64,000 nucleotides of DNA from an uncultured Prevotella sp. (lineage in GTDB: Bacteria > Bacteroidota > Bacteroidia > Bacteroidales > Bacteroidaceae), in NCBI GenBank assembly GCA_964493905.1, contig CAZBQA010000008.1, positions 13,802 to 77,801 on the forward strand, in the 5' to 3' direction. Position 1 is the stretch's first letter, and each line of letters starts with the position of its first letter. The notes under the pieces were generated by a model. That model had not been told where the DNA came from and did not search any database. It saw nothing but the letters and a program-made list of their open reading frames with translations. The position numbers and the translations under genes were made by a program. Positions 26,105-35,867 of the stretch are shown piece after piece.

Positions 26105-29100
26105 TTATTGATTCTTCTCTACTTTGATGTTCAACTTAAACTCATCGAACTCGGTCTCGGCGCCGTCGTTGTCGGCCACGACAAGGTCATCGGCAAGTAC
26201 CTGCGACTTGATATAGTCGCCGTAACCCCTGATGGCTGCTTCGGCCTCGGCGTTGGGGGACACCGTTACCTTGATGCGGTCGGTGATCTCCAGTCCGGTC
26301 TCCTTACGCAGGTTCTGTATGCGGTTGATGAGCTCTCGGGCCATGCCTTCCTGTCGGAGTGCATCGGTGAGCTCCACCTCGAGAGCCACGGTGAGGCTGC
26401 CTTCGTTGCTGACGAGCCAGCCGGGGATGTCCTCAGAGATAATCTCCACATCGGCCACCTCCACGACGACAGGCTGTCCGTCGAGGTCGAAGCGATAGCT
26501 GCCACTTGTCTCGAGCTCAGCAATCTCTTCCTGCGACAGGCTATCCATCTTGGCAGCCACGCCCTTCATCGACTTACCAAACTTCTTGCCCATCACCCTG
26601 AAGTTGCATTTCACCTTCTTTACGAGGATGCCCTGCCCTTCGGCAAAGGCGATGTCCTTGACATTCACCTCACTCATGATGAGGTCTTTCACAGCCTCGA
26701 TGTGCTTCTTCTGGTTGGCATCGGCCGGAATCATGATCTGCTGCAGCGGTTGACGCACCTTGATGTTGACCTTACGCCGCAGGGCCAGCACCATGGAGGT
26801 GATCTTCTGGGCCATGCCCATACGCTGCTCCAGGTCGGTGTCGATGAGCGACATATCAGCTACAGGGAACCGCTTCAAGTGTACCGACTCCAGTTTGCCA
26901 CCGAGGTCGTGATACAACTGATCGGCGTAGAAAGGTGCAAAGGGAGCTACCAGTTTGGCAACGGTCATCAGACAGGTATAGAGCGTGTTGTAGGCGGCGA
27001 GTTTGTCGTTGCTCATCTCCTTGCCCCAAAAACGCTTGCGGTTGAGGCGCACATACCAGTTGCTCAGGTCGTCGTTCACGAAGCTATCGATCAGACGCCC
27101 GGCGCGTGTGGGATCGTAGTTCTCTAGTTCTGCCGTAACGCCCTTTACCAAGGTGTTGAGGCTCGACAGGATCCAACGGTCGATCTCCGTCAGACTGGGC
27201 TTCGAGGCCTCCAAGGTAGTGGTGGCGGGATCGTAACCATCGACGTTGGCATAGAGTGCAAAGAAACTATACGTATTATATAAGGTGCCGAAGAATTTGC
27301 GACGACACTCGTCCACCCCATTGGGGTCAAACTTCAGGTTGTCCCACGGCTCGCTGTTGGTCATCATATAGAACCGCACAGGGTCGGCACCGTATTTGCC
27401 GATCATCTCAAACGGGTCGGTCACGTTGCCCACGTGCTTGCTCATCTTGTTGCCCTTGGCATCAAGCACCAAACCCGAAGAGATGACATTCTTAAAAGCC
27501 ACAGAGTCGAACACCATTGTGGCGATGGCGTGCAGCGTGAAGAACCAGCCACGGGTCTGGTCTACACCCTCGTTGATGAAGTCGGCGGGGAAGAAGGCAG
27601 GAGCCACAGGCTTGCCCTCGTAGTTGCTGTGCACCAGCGCGTCGCGGTAGTCAGCCTCGCACTTGCCGGTAGCCTTCAGCTCCTCGGCGTTCATCTCGCC
27701 CTCAAAGGGATAGTGCAGCTGGGCGTAGGGCATCGAGCCAGAGTCGAACCACACGTCGATGAGGTCGCTCTCGCGATGCATGGGTTTACCATCGTCGCTC
27801 ACGAGTATGATATAGTCGATATAGGGACGATGAAGGTCAATCTTGTCGTAGTTCTCCTGCGAGTAGTCGCCCACCACAAAGCCGTTGTCCTTGAGTGGAT
27901 TGCTCTGCATGATGCCTGCAGCCACCGACTTCTCGATCTCGGCATAGAGTTCCTCCACCGAACCGATACACTTCTCGTGCCGGTCCTCATCGCGCCAGAT
28001 GGGCAGCGGCGTGCCCCAGAAGCGCGAACGCGAGAGGTTCCAGTCGTTGAGGTTCTCCAGCCAGTTGCCGAAACGACCGGTACCCGTCGACTCGGGCTGC
28101 CAGTTGATGGTCTTGTTGAGCTCCATCATGCGATCCTTGGCCGCCGTGTCGCGAATAAACCAGCTGTCGAGGGGATAGTAGAGCACGGGCTTATCGGTAC
28201 GCCAGCAGTGGGGGTAGCTGTGTACGTGCTTCTCAATCTTGAAGGCCGCACCCTCCTGCTTCATCTCCATGCAGATCACGATGTTGAGGTCTTCAGCCTT
28301 CTCAGAGGCTTTCACGTCCCACACACCGTTGGGGTTGAACTTGGAGTCATAGGAGTTTTTCACATAGTCACCGGCATGATGACTATAGGCCGGTACGTCT
28401 ACGCAGTGGGCAACGAAGTTATCATCGAGTTCGTCGATGACATAGTATTTTCCCTGCAGGTCCACCATGGGGCGCGTCTCTGCCTTCTTGTTGATGAGAT
28501 AGAGGCCGGGCACATGAGCGTCGCGAGCCACCTTGGCATCATCGGCACCAAAGGTCGGGGCGATGTGTACGATACCCGTACCATCCTCGGTGGTCACATA
28601 GTCGCCCGGTATCACACGGAAGGCGGCATCGTCCATCTCCACAAACTTGTCGCGGCCGTCATTGGCAGCAAACACCTTTTGAGGGTGCTCGTCGGCATAC
28701 TGGTTGACAAACTTGGGAGCCAGGTCGCCGATCTTCTCGCAAGGCTTCACCCATCGCATGAGCTGCTGATAATGCAGCCCCACGAGGTCGGTGCCCTTCA
28801 CGCGTTCGATGACACGCCAGGGACACAGTTTCTTCTCCTTATCGAAGGGCAGCAGCTCTCCCTCCTTACATTCTTGCTCGGTGTTCAGGTAGGCTGCCAC
28901 ACGGGCCTCGGCCATGACGAGGGTCATGGGTGTGCCATCGTAGGGGTTATACGACTCAACCACCACATAGTCGATCTTCGGGCCCACGCAGAGCGCAGTG
29001 TTCGAAGGCAAGGTCCAAGGCGTGGTGGTCCAAGCCAGAAAATAGGGTTTGCCATGCTTCGTCCATGCGGCCTTAGGGTCAGTGATAAGGAACTGCGCCG

Positions 29101-29746
29101 TCACTGTGGTGTCTTTCACGTCACGATAGCAGCCGGGTTGGTTGAGCTCGTGACTCGACAGTCCCGTGCCGGCGGCAGGCGAATAAGGCTGGATGGTGTA
29201 ACCCTTATAGAGCAGCCCCTTGTTGTAAAGTTGTTTGAGCAACCACCACAGGGTCTCGATATATTTATTGTCGTAGGTGATATAAGGATGGTCGAGGTCA
29301 ACAAAGTAACCCATCTTCTCGGTCAGTTCGCGCCATTCGGCCGTAAACTTCATCACGTTCTCACGGCAGCGATGGTTGTAGTCCTCCACCGAGATATACT
29401 TGTCGGACTCCTTGTTGTCTATATCCTTCTTGGTGATGCCAAGCTCTTTCTCCACGCCCAGCTCCACGGGCAGTCCGTGTGTGTCCCAGCCAGCCTTGCG
29501 CTTGACTTGGAAACCCTGCATCGTCTTGTATCGGTTGAATGTATCCTTGATGGCACGAGCCAGCACGTGGTGAATGCCCGGATGACCGTTCGCCGAGGGT
29601 GGGCCCTCAAAGAAAATGAACTGCGGACAGCCTTCCCGCTCGTCTATACTCTTGTGGAAGATATCGTTTCTCTCCCATTTTGCTAATACCTCATCATTGG
29701 TCTTGGTCAGGTCCAGACCATTATGTTCGGTAAATTTCTTAGCCAT
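26105..29746 (-). CDS. ileS: Isoleucine--tRNA ligase (type 2)
   Basis: PPSANGHPGIHHV is the HIGH motif and GNKMSKHVGN is the KMSKS motif. The ORF is 1213 aa. Confidence 0.95.
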   Translation of the reverse strand: MAKKFTEHNGLDLTKTNDEVLAKWERNDIFHKSIDEREGCPQFIFFEGPPSANGHPGIHHVLARAIKDTFNRYKTMQGFQVKRKAGWDTHGLPVELGVEKELGITKKDIDNKESDKYISVEDYNHRCRENVMKFTAEWRELTEKMGYFVDLDHPYITYDNKYIETLWWLLKQLYNKGLLYKGYTIQPYSPAAGTGLSSHELNQPGCYRDVKDTTVTAQFLITDPKAAWTKHGKPYFLAWTTTPWTLPSNTALCVGPKIDYVVVESYNPYDGTPMTLVMAEARVAAYLNTEQECKEGELLPFDKEKKLCPWRVIERVKGTDLVGLHYQQLMRWVKPCEKIGDLAPKFVNQYADEHPQKVFAANDGRDKFVEMDDAAFRVIPGDYVTTEDGTGIVHIAPTFGADDAKVARDAHVPGLYLINKKAETRPMVDLQGKYYVIDELDDNFVAHCVDVPAYSHHAGDYVKNSYDSKFNPNGVWDVKASEKAEDLNIVICMEMKQEGAAFKIEKHVHSYPHCWRTDKPVLYYPLDSWFIRDTAAKDRMMELNKTINWQPESTGTGRFGNWLENLNDWNLSRSRFWGTPLPIWRDEDRHEKCIGSVEELYAEIEKSVAAGIMQSNPLKDNGFVVGDYSQENYDKIDLHRPYIDYIILVSDDGKPMHRESDLIDVWFDSGSMPYAQLHYPFEGEMNAEELKATGKCEADYRDALVHSNYEGKPVAPAFFPADFINEGVDQTRGWFFTLHAIATMVFDSVAFKNVISSGLVLDAKGNKMSKHVGNVTDPFEMIGKYGADPVRFYMMTNSEPWDNLKFDPNGVDECRRKFFGTLYNTYSFFALYANVDGYDPATTTLEASKPSLTEIDRWILSSLNTLVKGVTAELENYDPTRAGRLIDSFVNDDLSNWYVRLNRKRFWGKEMSNDKLAAYNTLYTCLMTVAKLVAPFAPFYADQLYHDLGGKLESVHLKRFPVADMSLIDTDLEQRMGMAQKITSMVLALRRKVNIKVRQPLQQIMIPADANQKKHIEAVKDLIMSEVNVKDIAFAEGQGILVKKVKCNFRVMGKKFGKSMKGVAAKMDSLSQEEIAELETSGSYRFDLDGQPVVVEVADVEIISEDIPGWLVSNEGSLTVALEVELTDALRQEGMARELINRIQNLRKETGLEITDRIKVTVSPNAEAEAAIRGYGDYIKSQVLADDLVVADNDGAETEFDEFKLNIKVEKNQ

Positions 29747-29783
29747 AAATTATTCTTTCTATACCTTAATAATAAATTTTGCG

Positions 29784-29791
29784 CAAAGGTA
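29784..29791 (-). promoter_or_regulatory. -7 promoter box TACCTTTG for ileS
   Basis: The minus strand reads TACCTTTG 38 nt upstream of the ATG at 29746. Confidence 0.55.
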
Positions 29792-29823
29792 TAAAAAAAA
29801 TATAGATTCTACAAATTTTTAAC

Positions 29824-29831
29824 TACCTTTG
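29824..29831 (+). promoter_or_regulatory. -7 promoter box TACCTTTG for engB
   Basis: The motif ends 19 nt upstream of the ATG at 29850. Confidence 0.55.
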
Positions 29832-29849
29832 CATATAAAACGTAAAACC

Positions 29850-30452
29850 ATGGATATCAAGAAAGCGCAATACGTCATATCATCCCCCACGGTGAGCAAA
29901 TGCCCTGCCGATTCAAAGCCTGAGTTTGCCTTCATCGGACGCAGCAACGTGGGCAAGTCGAGCCTGATCAACATGCTCTGCAACCACAAAGGCCTGGCCA
30001 AGACATCGGCCACGCCGGGCAAGACCTTGCTCATCAACCATTTCATCATCAACAACGAGTGGTATCTCGTAGACCTGCCGGGATATGGTTACGCCAAACG
30101 GTCGAAGACGGTCATCGAAAAGCTCGACCGCATGATACGGTCGTACATCCTCCAACGCCAGCAGTTGGTCAACGTCTTCGTACTCATTGACACCCGTCAC
30201 GAGCAGCAAAAGGTAGACCGCGAGTTTGTCGACTGGCTGGGGCAGAGCGGCATACCCTTCTCCATCATCTTCACCAAGGCCGACAAACTGGGCCGCGTGA
30301 AGGCTTCAGAAAACGCCGACCGATGGATGAAGAGTCTGCTCGACACCTGGGAGTCGCTCCCACCCTTCTTTATCACCAGCGCCGAAAAAAAAACCGGCCG
30401 CGACGAGGTGCTCGACTACATCGAACAGGTGACCAAAGACATTCAAGAATAA
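29850..30452 (+). CDS. engB: Ribosome biogenesis GTP-binding protein YsxC/EngB
   Basis: [18 protein letters not shown] is the G1 motif, with DLPGYG and TKADK also present. Confidence 0.9.
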   Translation: MDIKKAQYVISSPTVSKCPADSKPEFAFIGRSNVGKSSLINMLCNHKGLAKTSATPGKTLLINHFIINNEWYLVDLPGYGYAKRSKTVIEKLDRMIRSYILQRQQLVNVFVLIDTRHEQQKVDREFVDWLGQSGIPFSIIFTKADKLGRVKASENADRWMKSLLDTWESLPPFFITSAEKKTGRDEVLDYIEQVTKDIQE

Positions 30453-30539
30453 ACCAACAAATATTCAACAAGACACATAGCTGCTTGATGACAACTGGCT
30501 GACCGCCAGCACGTCATCACAACGAATGATATACACCAC

Positions 30540-32345
30540 ATGACCCCATTCTTAGACGTACAAAACCTCACCAAATCGTTTGGTGCACTGGTTTTATTCC
30601 AGGATATCAACTTCTCTGTGGGCGAAGGCCAGAAGGTAGCGCTCATCGCCAAGAACGGCACCGGCAAGTCGACCTTGCTGGAAATACTTGCCGGACACGA
30701 GGGCTATGACCGCGGCTCTATCATCTTCCGCAACGACATCCGTATCGGATACCTTGACCAGTCGCCTAAGTTTGACCCCGAGGAGACTGTACTCGACGCC
30801 TGTTTCAACCACCAGGGCGAGCCGGAACGCATCCTCAAGGCCAAGCAGATTCTCACACAGCTCCATATCGACGACCTCAACCAACCGATGAAGCAACTCA
30901 GCGGCGGACAGCAGAAGCGTGTGGCGCTGGCCAACGCACTCATTACCGAGCCCGACTTCCTGATCCTCGACGAGCCCACCAACCATCTTGACCTTGAGAT
31001 GATCGTATGGCTCGAAGGCTTCCTGTCGCGATCCACACTCACCCTGCTCATGGTCACCCACGACCGGTACTTTCTCGACCGCGTGTGCAACCTCATCCTC
31101 GAACTCGACAACGAGACCATCTACACCTATCGTGGCAACTATAGTTATTATCTAGAGAAACGCCGCGAACGCATTGACAACCAGCGGGCTGAGGTGCAAC
31201 GGGCAAACAACCTATACCGTACCGAACTGGAATGGATGCGCCGCATGCCACAGGCCCGGGGCCACAAGGCCCGCTACCGCGAAGAAGCCTTCTTCGAACT
31301 CGAAGCCAAGGCCCGTCAGCGCATTGAGGAACGACAGATACGGCTGAAGGCCGGCAATGTATATATCGGGTCCAAAATCTTCGAGTGCCAATATGTCACT
31401 AAACAGTTTACCGACAGCGAAGGCACCCAGAAGGTCATCCTCAAAGACTTCTATTACAACTTCGCCCGCTTCGAGAAGATGGGCATTGTGGGCAACAACG
31501 GCACCGGCAAGTCGACCTTCATCAAGATGCTACTGGGCATTGTGCCGCCCGACGAAGGACGCTTCGACATCGGCGAGACGGTGCGTTTCGGTTATTTCTC
31601 GCAAGACGGACTGAAGTTCAACGAGCAGCAAAAGGTGATTGATATCATCACCGATATTGCCGACTACATCGACTTGGGTGGCGGGCGCAAGATGACGGCC
31701 TCTCAGTTTCTGCAATATTTCATGTTCTCGCCTGAGCAACAGCACAACTACGTCTACAAGCTCAGCGGTGGCGAGCGCCGCAAGCTATACCTCTGCACAG
31801 TGCTCATGCGCAACCCCAATTTCCTCGTGCTCGACGAGCCCACCAACGACCTCGACATCCAGACGCTGCAGGTGCTGGAGGAATATCTCCAGGATTTCCC
31901 CGGATGCGTCATCGTGGTGAGCCACGACCGTTATTTCATGGATAAGGTGGTCGACCATCTGCTGGTGTTCCAGGGCGAGGGTGTCATCAAGGACTTTCCA
32001 GGCAACTACACCCAGTATCGCGACTGGTCGGCCATGAAGTCGAAGGAAGAACTCGAGGCGCGTAATGCCAAAGGGGGCAAGAGTCCCGACAGCGGACAGC
32101 CCACCAAGAAAGACTACCATCACGACACCCGCCGACGAATGTCGTACAAAGAGAAACGCGAGTTTGAACAGCTCACCCTCGACATCGAACAGCTGGAGGC
32201 CGAGCAGCAGAAAATCAACGAGGCCCTATGCGGCACAACGCTCTCGGTAGACGAGATTACCACCTTGAGCAAGCGTCTGCCCGTACTTCAAGAAGAACTC
32301 GATGAAAAAAGCATGAGATGGCTGGAAATCAGCGAACTAGAATAG
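30540..32345 (+). CDS. ABC-F family ATPase (two ABC domains, no TM domain)
   Basis: Walker A motifs are GKNGTGKST and GNNGTGKST, signatures are LSGGQQKR and LSGGERRK, and there is a C-terminal coiled coil. Confidence 0.9.
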   Translation: MTPFLDVQNLTKSFGALVLFQDINFSVGEGQKVALIAKNGTGKSTLLEILAGHEGYDRGSIIFRNDIRIGYLDQSPKFDPEETVLDACFNHQGEPERILKAKQILTQLHIDDLNQPMKQLSGGQQKRVALANALITEPDFLILDEPTNHLDLEMIVWLEGFLSRSTLTLLMVTHDRYFLDRVCNLILELDNETIYTYRGNYSYYLEKRRERIDNQRAEVQRANNLYRTELEWMRRMPQARGHKARYREEAFFELEAKARQRIEERQIRLKAGNVYIGSKIFECQYVTKQFTDSEGTQKVILKDFYYNFARFEKMGIVGNNGTGKSTFIKMLLGIVPPDEGRFDIGETVRFGYFSQDGLKFNEQQKVIDIITDIADYIDLGGGRKMTASQFLQYFMFSPEQQHNYVYKLSGGERRKLYLCTVLMRNPNFLVLDEPTNDLDIQTLQVLEEYLQDFPGCVIVVSHDRYFMDKVVDHLLVFQGEGVIKDFPGNYTQYRDWSAMKSKEELEARNAKGGKSPDSGQPTKKDYHHDTRRRMSYKEKREFEQLTLDIEQLEAEQQKINEALCGTTLSVDEITTLSKRLPVLQEELDEKSMRWLEISELE

Positions 32346-32352
32346 ATGGCCT

Positions 32353-34401
32353 ATGACAAGACGCATAACGATAGTCGTGATGGCGCTGGTGCTTGCAGCT
32401 GCCGCCTTTGCTGAGGAGCGTTACGACAAGAAATTGCTCCAGCGCGTCTATCGTTATGCCTCGACCATCGACACCACAGACATCGCCGGCACACAGACCT
32501 ACGACTACAGTCGGTTCTTGTTTCGTGTCGAGCGAAGAAACCCCACCCTACTGCTCGTGCCTTCCGTCTATGCCATTGCCAGAGGCGCACAACGCGAGTA
32601 CACCGGCGAAACCTATAGCCGCATCACATACCATAGCATCAACAACTTCGACTCTAAGACACTGCTCCGCGTGACTACCGTGCCCCACCGGCGCCTGGCC
32701 ATGAGCGTGCTGCAGAAATACCTCAAGCCCAGAATCTACGACAAGACCATCATCGACGACTACCTCATCTCACCCTTCCATCACACCAACCGCCGTTTCT
32801 ATCGCTATCGCACCACCTTCATGCTCGATGGCACTGTGCGCATCACCTTCACGCCACGGCGCAAGAACACCCAGCTCGTAGGCGGAGAGGCCTTTGTGGA
32901 TTACTATACCGGAAGAATCATAAGATGCAATCTTACCGGTGAATATGACATGGTGAGGTTCTGGCTCAACATCGAGCTTGGCACAGAGGGCAGTAAGTCG
33001 TTGCTGCCTGCCAAGTGTGACCTCCGCACCCGTTTCAGTTTTATCCGGAGCAAGATAACCTGCCATTTTGTTTCTTACCACTGGCTGCCCAAGGTGCTCA
33101 CCGACAGCATCACCAACGAGAACGACATGATCAAAATGTTCTGGGTCAGGCCCGACACCCTTGACCCAACAGAGCAGCAGATCTACGAGCAGGCCTTGAG
33201 AGCCAAGGTTAGGAACGACTCAGCCCAACACGCCAACCCCTACCAACCCCAAAAGAAAAACTGGGTAAAAGAGGTGCTCTGGGATGCAGTGGGCGACAAG
33301 ATGCTCAACCGCATACGCTCCAACTTTGGCACCGACAATCAGGGCTACATCCGCATGAACCCCATCCTCAACCCACTCTACATGGGCTACGACCACCACC
33401 GCGGCTTTACCTATAAGTTTGATGTGCGCACCCATTATCGCCTCACCGACAACAGCGAGATCTCCACCCGCTTCAAGGCAGGTTACGCCTTCAGGCAAAA
33501 ACAGTTTTACTTCCGCATGCCCACTTATTATTACTTCAACAAGCGCCGTAATGGATATGTGAAACTCGAGGTAGGCAACGGAAACCACATTCGAAGCAAG
33601 TCGGTGCGCAACGATATCGAGCAGGAGATACCCGATACCACCGGAATGAATCTTCCTGATTTTGAGTTGCTCAACGAGTTTCGACAAACCGATGCTCGAA
33701 TGAATGTCAACTACGACCTGTCCCCCTATTTCAGTCTCCAGCTCGGTGCGCTGTATCAGCATCGGCAGGCCATCAACCGCCATGCGTTCCAGGAGTTGGG
33801 CTGGCGGTCTGACTACCGGTCGTTCTCGCCCGCCATCGAACTGGAATATCGCCCATGGGCATGGGCAGGGCCCATCTTCACGCTCGATTACGACCGCAGC
33901 ATCAAGGGCATGCTCCACTCCAACACAGGCTACGAACGCTGGGAGTTCAACGGCGAGTATATCCACCAAATCAACAAACTGCAGTCGCTGCAGATGCGTC
34001 TCGGCACCGGCTTCTACACCTGGAAAGACCGACGGGCCTACTTTCTCAACTATGAGAACTTCCAGGAAAACAACATCCCTGGCGGATGGAATGACGACCT
34101 GAGCGGCGAGTTCCAGCTCCTGCGCAGCGAGACCTTCAACAGCTCAGAATATTATATCAGGGCCAACCTCACCTACGAGAGTCCACTGCTGTTGCTCAGC
34201 TGGATTCCATTGGCGGGCCATTATGTGGAGATGGAGCGCATCTATGTCTCGGCACTCGATGCCAAGGGGGTACATCCCTATATCGAGGTGGGCTACGATT
34301 TCACCACCCGTATCATGTCGGTCGGCACTTTTTTCAGCAACGGACGCGGCAACCGCACCTTCGGCGTGAAGTTTGGTTTCGAGCTCTTCCGCCACTGGTG
34401 A
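32353..34401 (+). CDS. Hypothetical secreted beta-rich protein, possibly an outer-membrane barrel
   Basis: The signal peptide is MTRRITIVVMALVLAAAAFA. The 682-aa ORF is rich in Y/F/R with alternating patterns and ends FGFELFRHW. I cannot assign a family confidently. Confidence 0.7.
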   Translation: MTRRITIVVMALVLAAAAFAEERYDKKLLQRVYRYASTIDTTDIAGTQTYDYSRFLFRVERRNPTLLLVPSVYAIARGAQREYTGETYSRITYHSINNFDSKTLLRVTTVPHRRLAMSVLQKYLKPRIYDKTIIDDYLISPFHHTNRRFYRYRTTFMLDGTVRITFTPRRKNTQLVGGEAFVDYYTGRIIRCNLTGEYDMVRFWLNIELGTEGSKSLLPAKCDLRTRFSFIRSKITCHFVSYHWLPKVLTDSITNENDMIKMFWVRPDTLDPTEQQIYEQALRAKVRNDSAQHANPYQPQKKNWVKEVLWDAVGDKMLNRIRSNFGTDNQGYIRMNPILNPLYMGYDHHRGFTYKFDVRTHYRLTDNSEISTRFKAGYAFRQKQFYFRMPTYYYFNKRRNGYVKLEVGNGNHIRSKSVRNDIEQEIPDTTGMNLPDFELLNEFRQTDARMNVNYDLSPYFSLQLGALYQHRQAINRHAFQELGWRSDYRSFSPAIELEYRPWAWAGPIFTLDYDRSIKGMLHSNTGYERWEFNGEYIHQINKLQSLQMRLGTGFYTWKDRRAYFLNYENFQENNIPGGWNDDLSGEFQLLRSETFNSSEYYIRANLTYESPLLLLSWIPLAGHYVEMERIYVSALDAKGVHPYIEVGYDFTTRIMSVGTFFSNGRGNRTFGVKFGFELFRHW

Positions 34402-34482
34402 GCCCAATGAGCGCAAGTGTCTGTAGCATACCTACAAATGATTATTTATCACCAAAAACTTGCTGAAACAAGATTAAATACC

Positions 34483-34490
34483 TAACTTTG
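34483..34490 (+). promoter_or_regulatory. -7 promoter box TAACTTTG for the flavodiiron gene
   Basis: The motif ends 26 nt upstream of the ATG at 34516. Confidence 0.55.
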
Positions 34491-34515
34491 CAAAAGGTAT
34501 AAATAAAACAAACGG

Positions 34516-35703
34516 ATGAAAACCATTACAGAGCATGTCTCCTACGTAGGAGTCAACGATAGAATCAAGGCAAAATTCGAAGGTCTCTGGCCCTTGCCTT
34601 CCGGTGTATCTTACAATTCTTATCTCATTGACGACGACAAAGTATGCCTCATCGACACCGTAGAGGTCGACTTCTTCATGCAGTTCTTAGAGAAGGTCCA
34701 CGAGGTCATCGGCGACCGCCCCATCGACTATGTGGTCATCAACCACATGGAGCCCGACCATAGTGGTTCGCTCACCCTGCTACGCAAATACTATCCCAAC
34801 GTGAAGGTGGTGGGCAACAAGAAGACCTTCGGCATGGCAGCCGGGTTTTATGGCATCACCGACGGTGCCGTAGAGGTGAAGCATGGCGACACCCTCGAGC
34901 TGGGACATCACACCCTCAAGTTCTATATGACGCCGATGGTACACTGGCCTGAGACCATGATGACCTACGACCTCACCAATCGCATGCTCTTCTCTGGCGA
35001 CGCCTTCGGCAGCTTTGGCGCGCTCAATGGTGGCATTCTCGACACCGAGATCGACACCGACTGGTGTTGGCATGAGATGATACGCTATTATTCGAATATC
35101 GTTGGCAAATACGGCACTCCCGTACAGAACGCACTGCGCAAGTTGGCCGATGTGCCCATCGACTATATCTGCTCTACCCATGGCCCCGTATGGCACGAGC
35201 ACGTCGATAAGGTGGTGCGGCTCTACGACCGCATGTCGAAATACGAGACCGACCCCGGACTCGTAATCTGCTATGGCACCATGTATGGCAACACCGAGCG
35301 CATGGCCGAGGTGGTGGCCGAGGCTGCCAGCCGCGAGGGTGTGAAGAACATCAGTCTCTACAACGTCTCCACCACCCACCACTCTTATATCCTGCGTGAC
35401 ATCTTCTGCTTCAAGGGTCTCATCGTGGGTGCCCCCACCTACAACAACGGCCTCTACCACGAGATGGACGTGCTGCTGCAGGAGGTGGCCAACCGCGACA
35501 TCAAGAACCACTGCATCGGTTGGTTTGGCAGCTTTGCGTGGGTGGGACAGGCCGTCAAGAAGATTGGCGAGTGGAACGAGAAAGCCATCCACTTCGAGCC
35601 CGTGGGCACACCCGTTGAGATGAAGCAGGCCCTCACCGCCGACACACGTCTGCAGTGCGAACAGCTTGGTAAGGCAATGGCCCAGCGTCTGCTCTCAGAG
35701 TAA
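34516..35703 (+). CDS. FprA-family A-type flavodiiron protein (metallo-beta-lactamase plus flavodoxin domains)
   Basis: VINHMEPDHSGSL is the diiron HxExDH motif. The ORF is 395 aa with a flavodoxin-like C-terminal half. Confidence 0.88.
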   Translation: MKTITEHVSYVGVNDRIKAKFEGLWPLPSGVSYNSYLIDDDKVCLIDTVEVDFFMQFLEKVHEVIGDRPIDYVVINHMEPDHSGSLTLLRKYYPNVKVVGNKKTFGMAAGFYGITDGAVEVKHGDTLELGHHTLKFYMTPMVHWPETMMTYDLTNRMLFSGDAFGSFGALNGGILDTEIDTDWCWHEMIRYYSNIVGKYGTPVQNALRKLADVPIDYICSTHGPVWHEHVDKVVRLYDRMSKYETDPGLVICYGTMYGNTERMAEVVAEAASREGVKNISLYNVSTTHHSYILRDIFCFKGLIVGAPTYNNGLYHEMDVLLQEVANRDIKNHCIGWFGSFAWVGQAVKKIGEWNEKAIHFEPVGTPVEMKQALTADTRLQCEQLGKAMAQRLLSE

Positions 35704-35745
35704 GCATTACCCAATATACAATGCTCATGCCGAGCATACACCATA

Positions 35746-35776
35746 AACCCCGAAAGATGTTATCCATCTTTCGGGG
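35746..35776. terminator. Bidirectional intrinsic terminator between convergent genes
   Basis: ACCCCGAAAGATG-TTATC-CATCTTTCGGGGT forms a 13-bp perfect stem. Confidence 0.75.
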
Positions 35777-35867
35777 TCATTACGTTTTAGCACATCCCTG
35801 GCAAAGAGAATCCTAAAACAATCAACCATTACTGCATCTCCGAAGAAATATGCCTCCGGGTATATGC

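Noticed and set aside
27434-29686. Very long ORFs antisense to real genes. Examples: 27434-29686 + (750 aa, opposite ileS), 60093-61601 - (502 aa, opposite the ABC ATPase), 58765-59778 -, 21775-22971 +, 12019-13218 +, 9169-10221 +, 44985-46067 + and 48289-49281 +.
   Set aside because: All lie opposite genes with clear family motifs. They have biased, motif-free translations rich in Val, Gly, His, Leu, Asp and Ala, and lack upstream promoter boxes. They are shadow ORFs caused by the stop-codon-poor antisense frames of GC-rich coding DNA.
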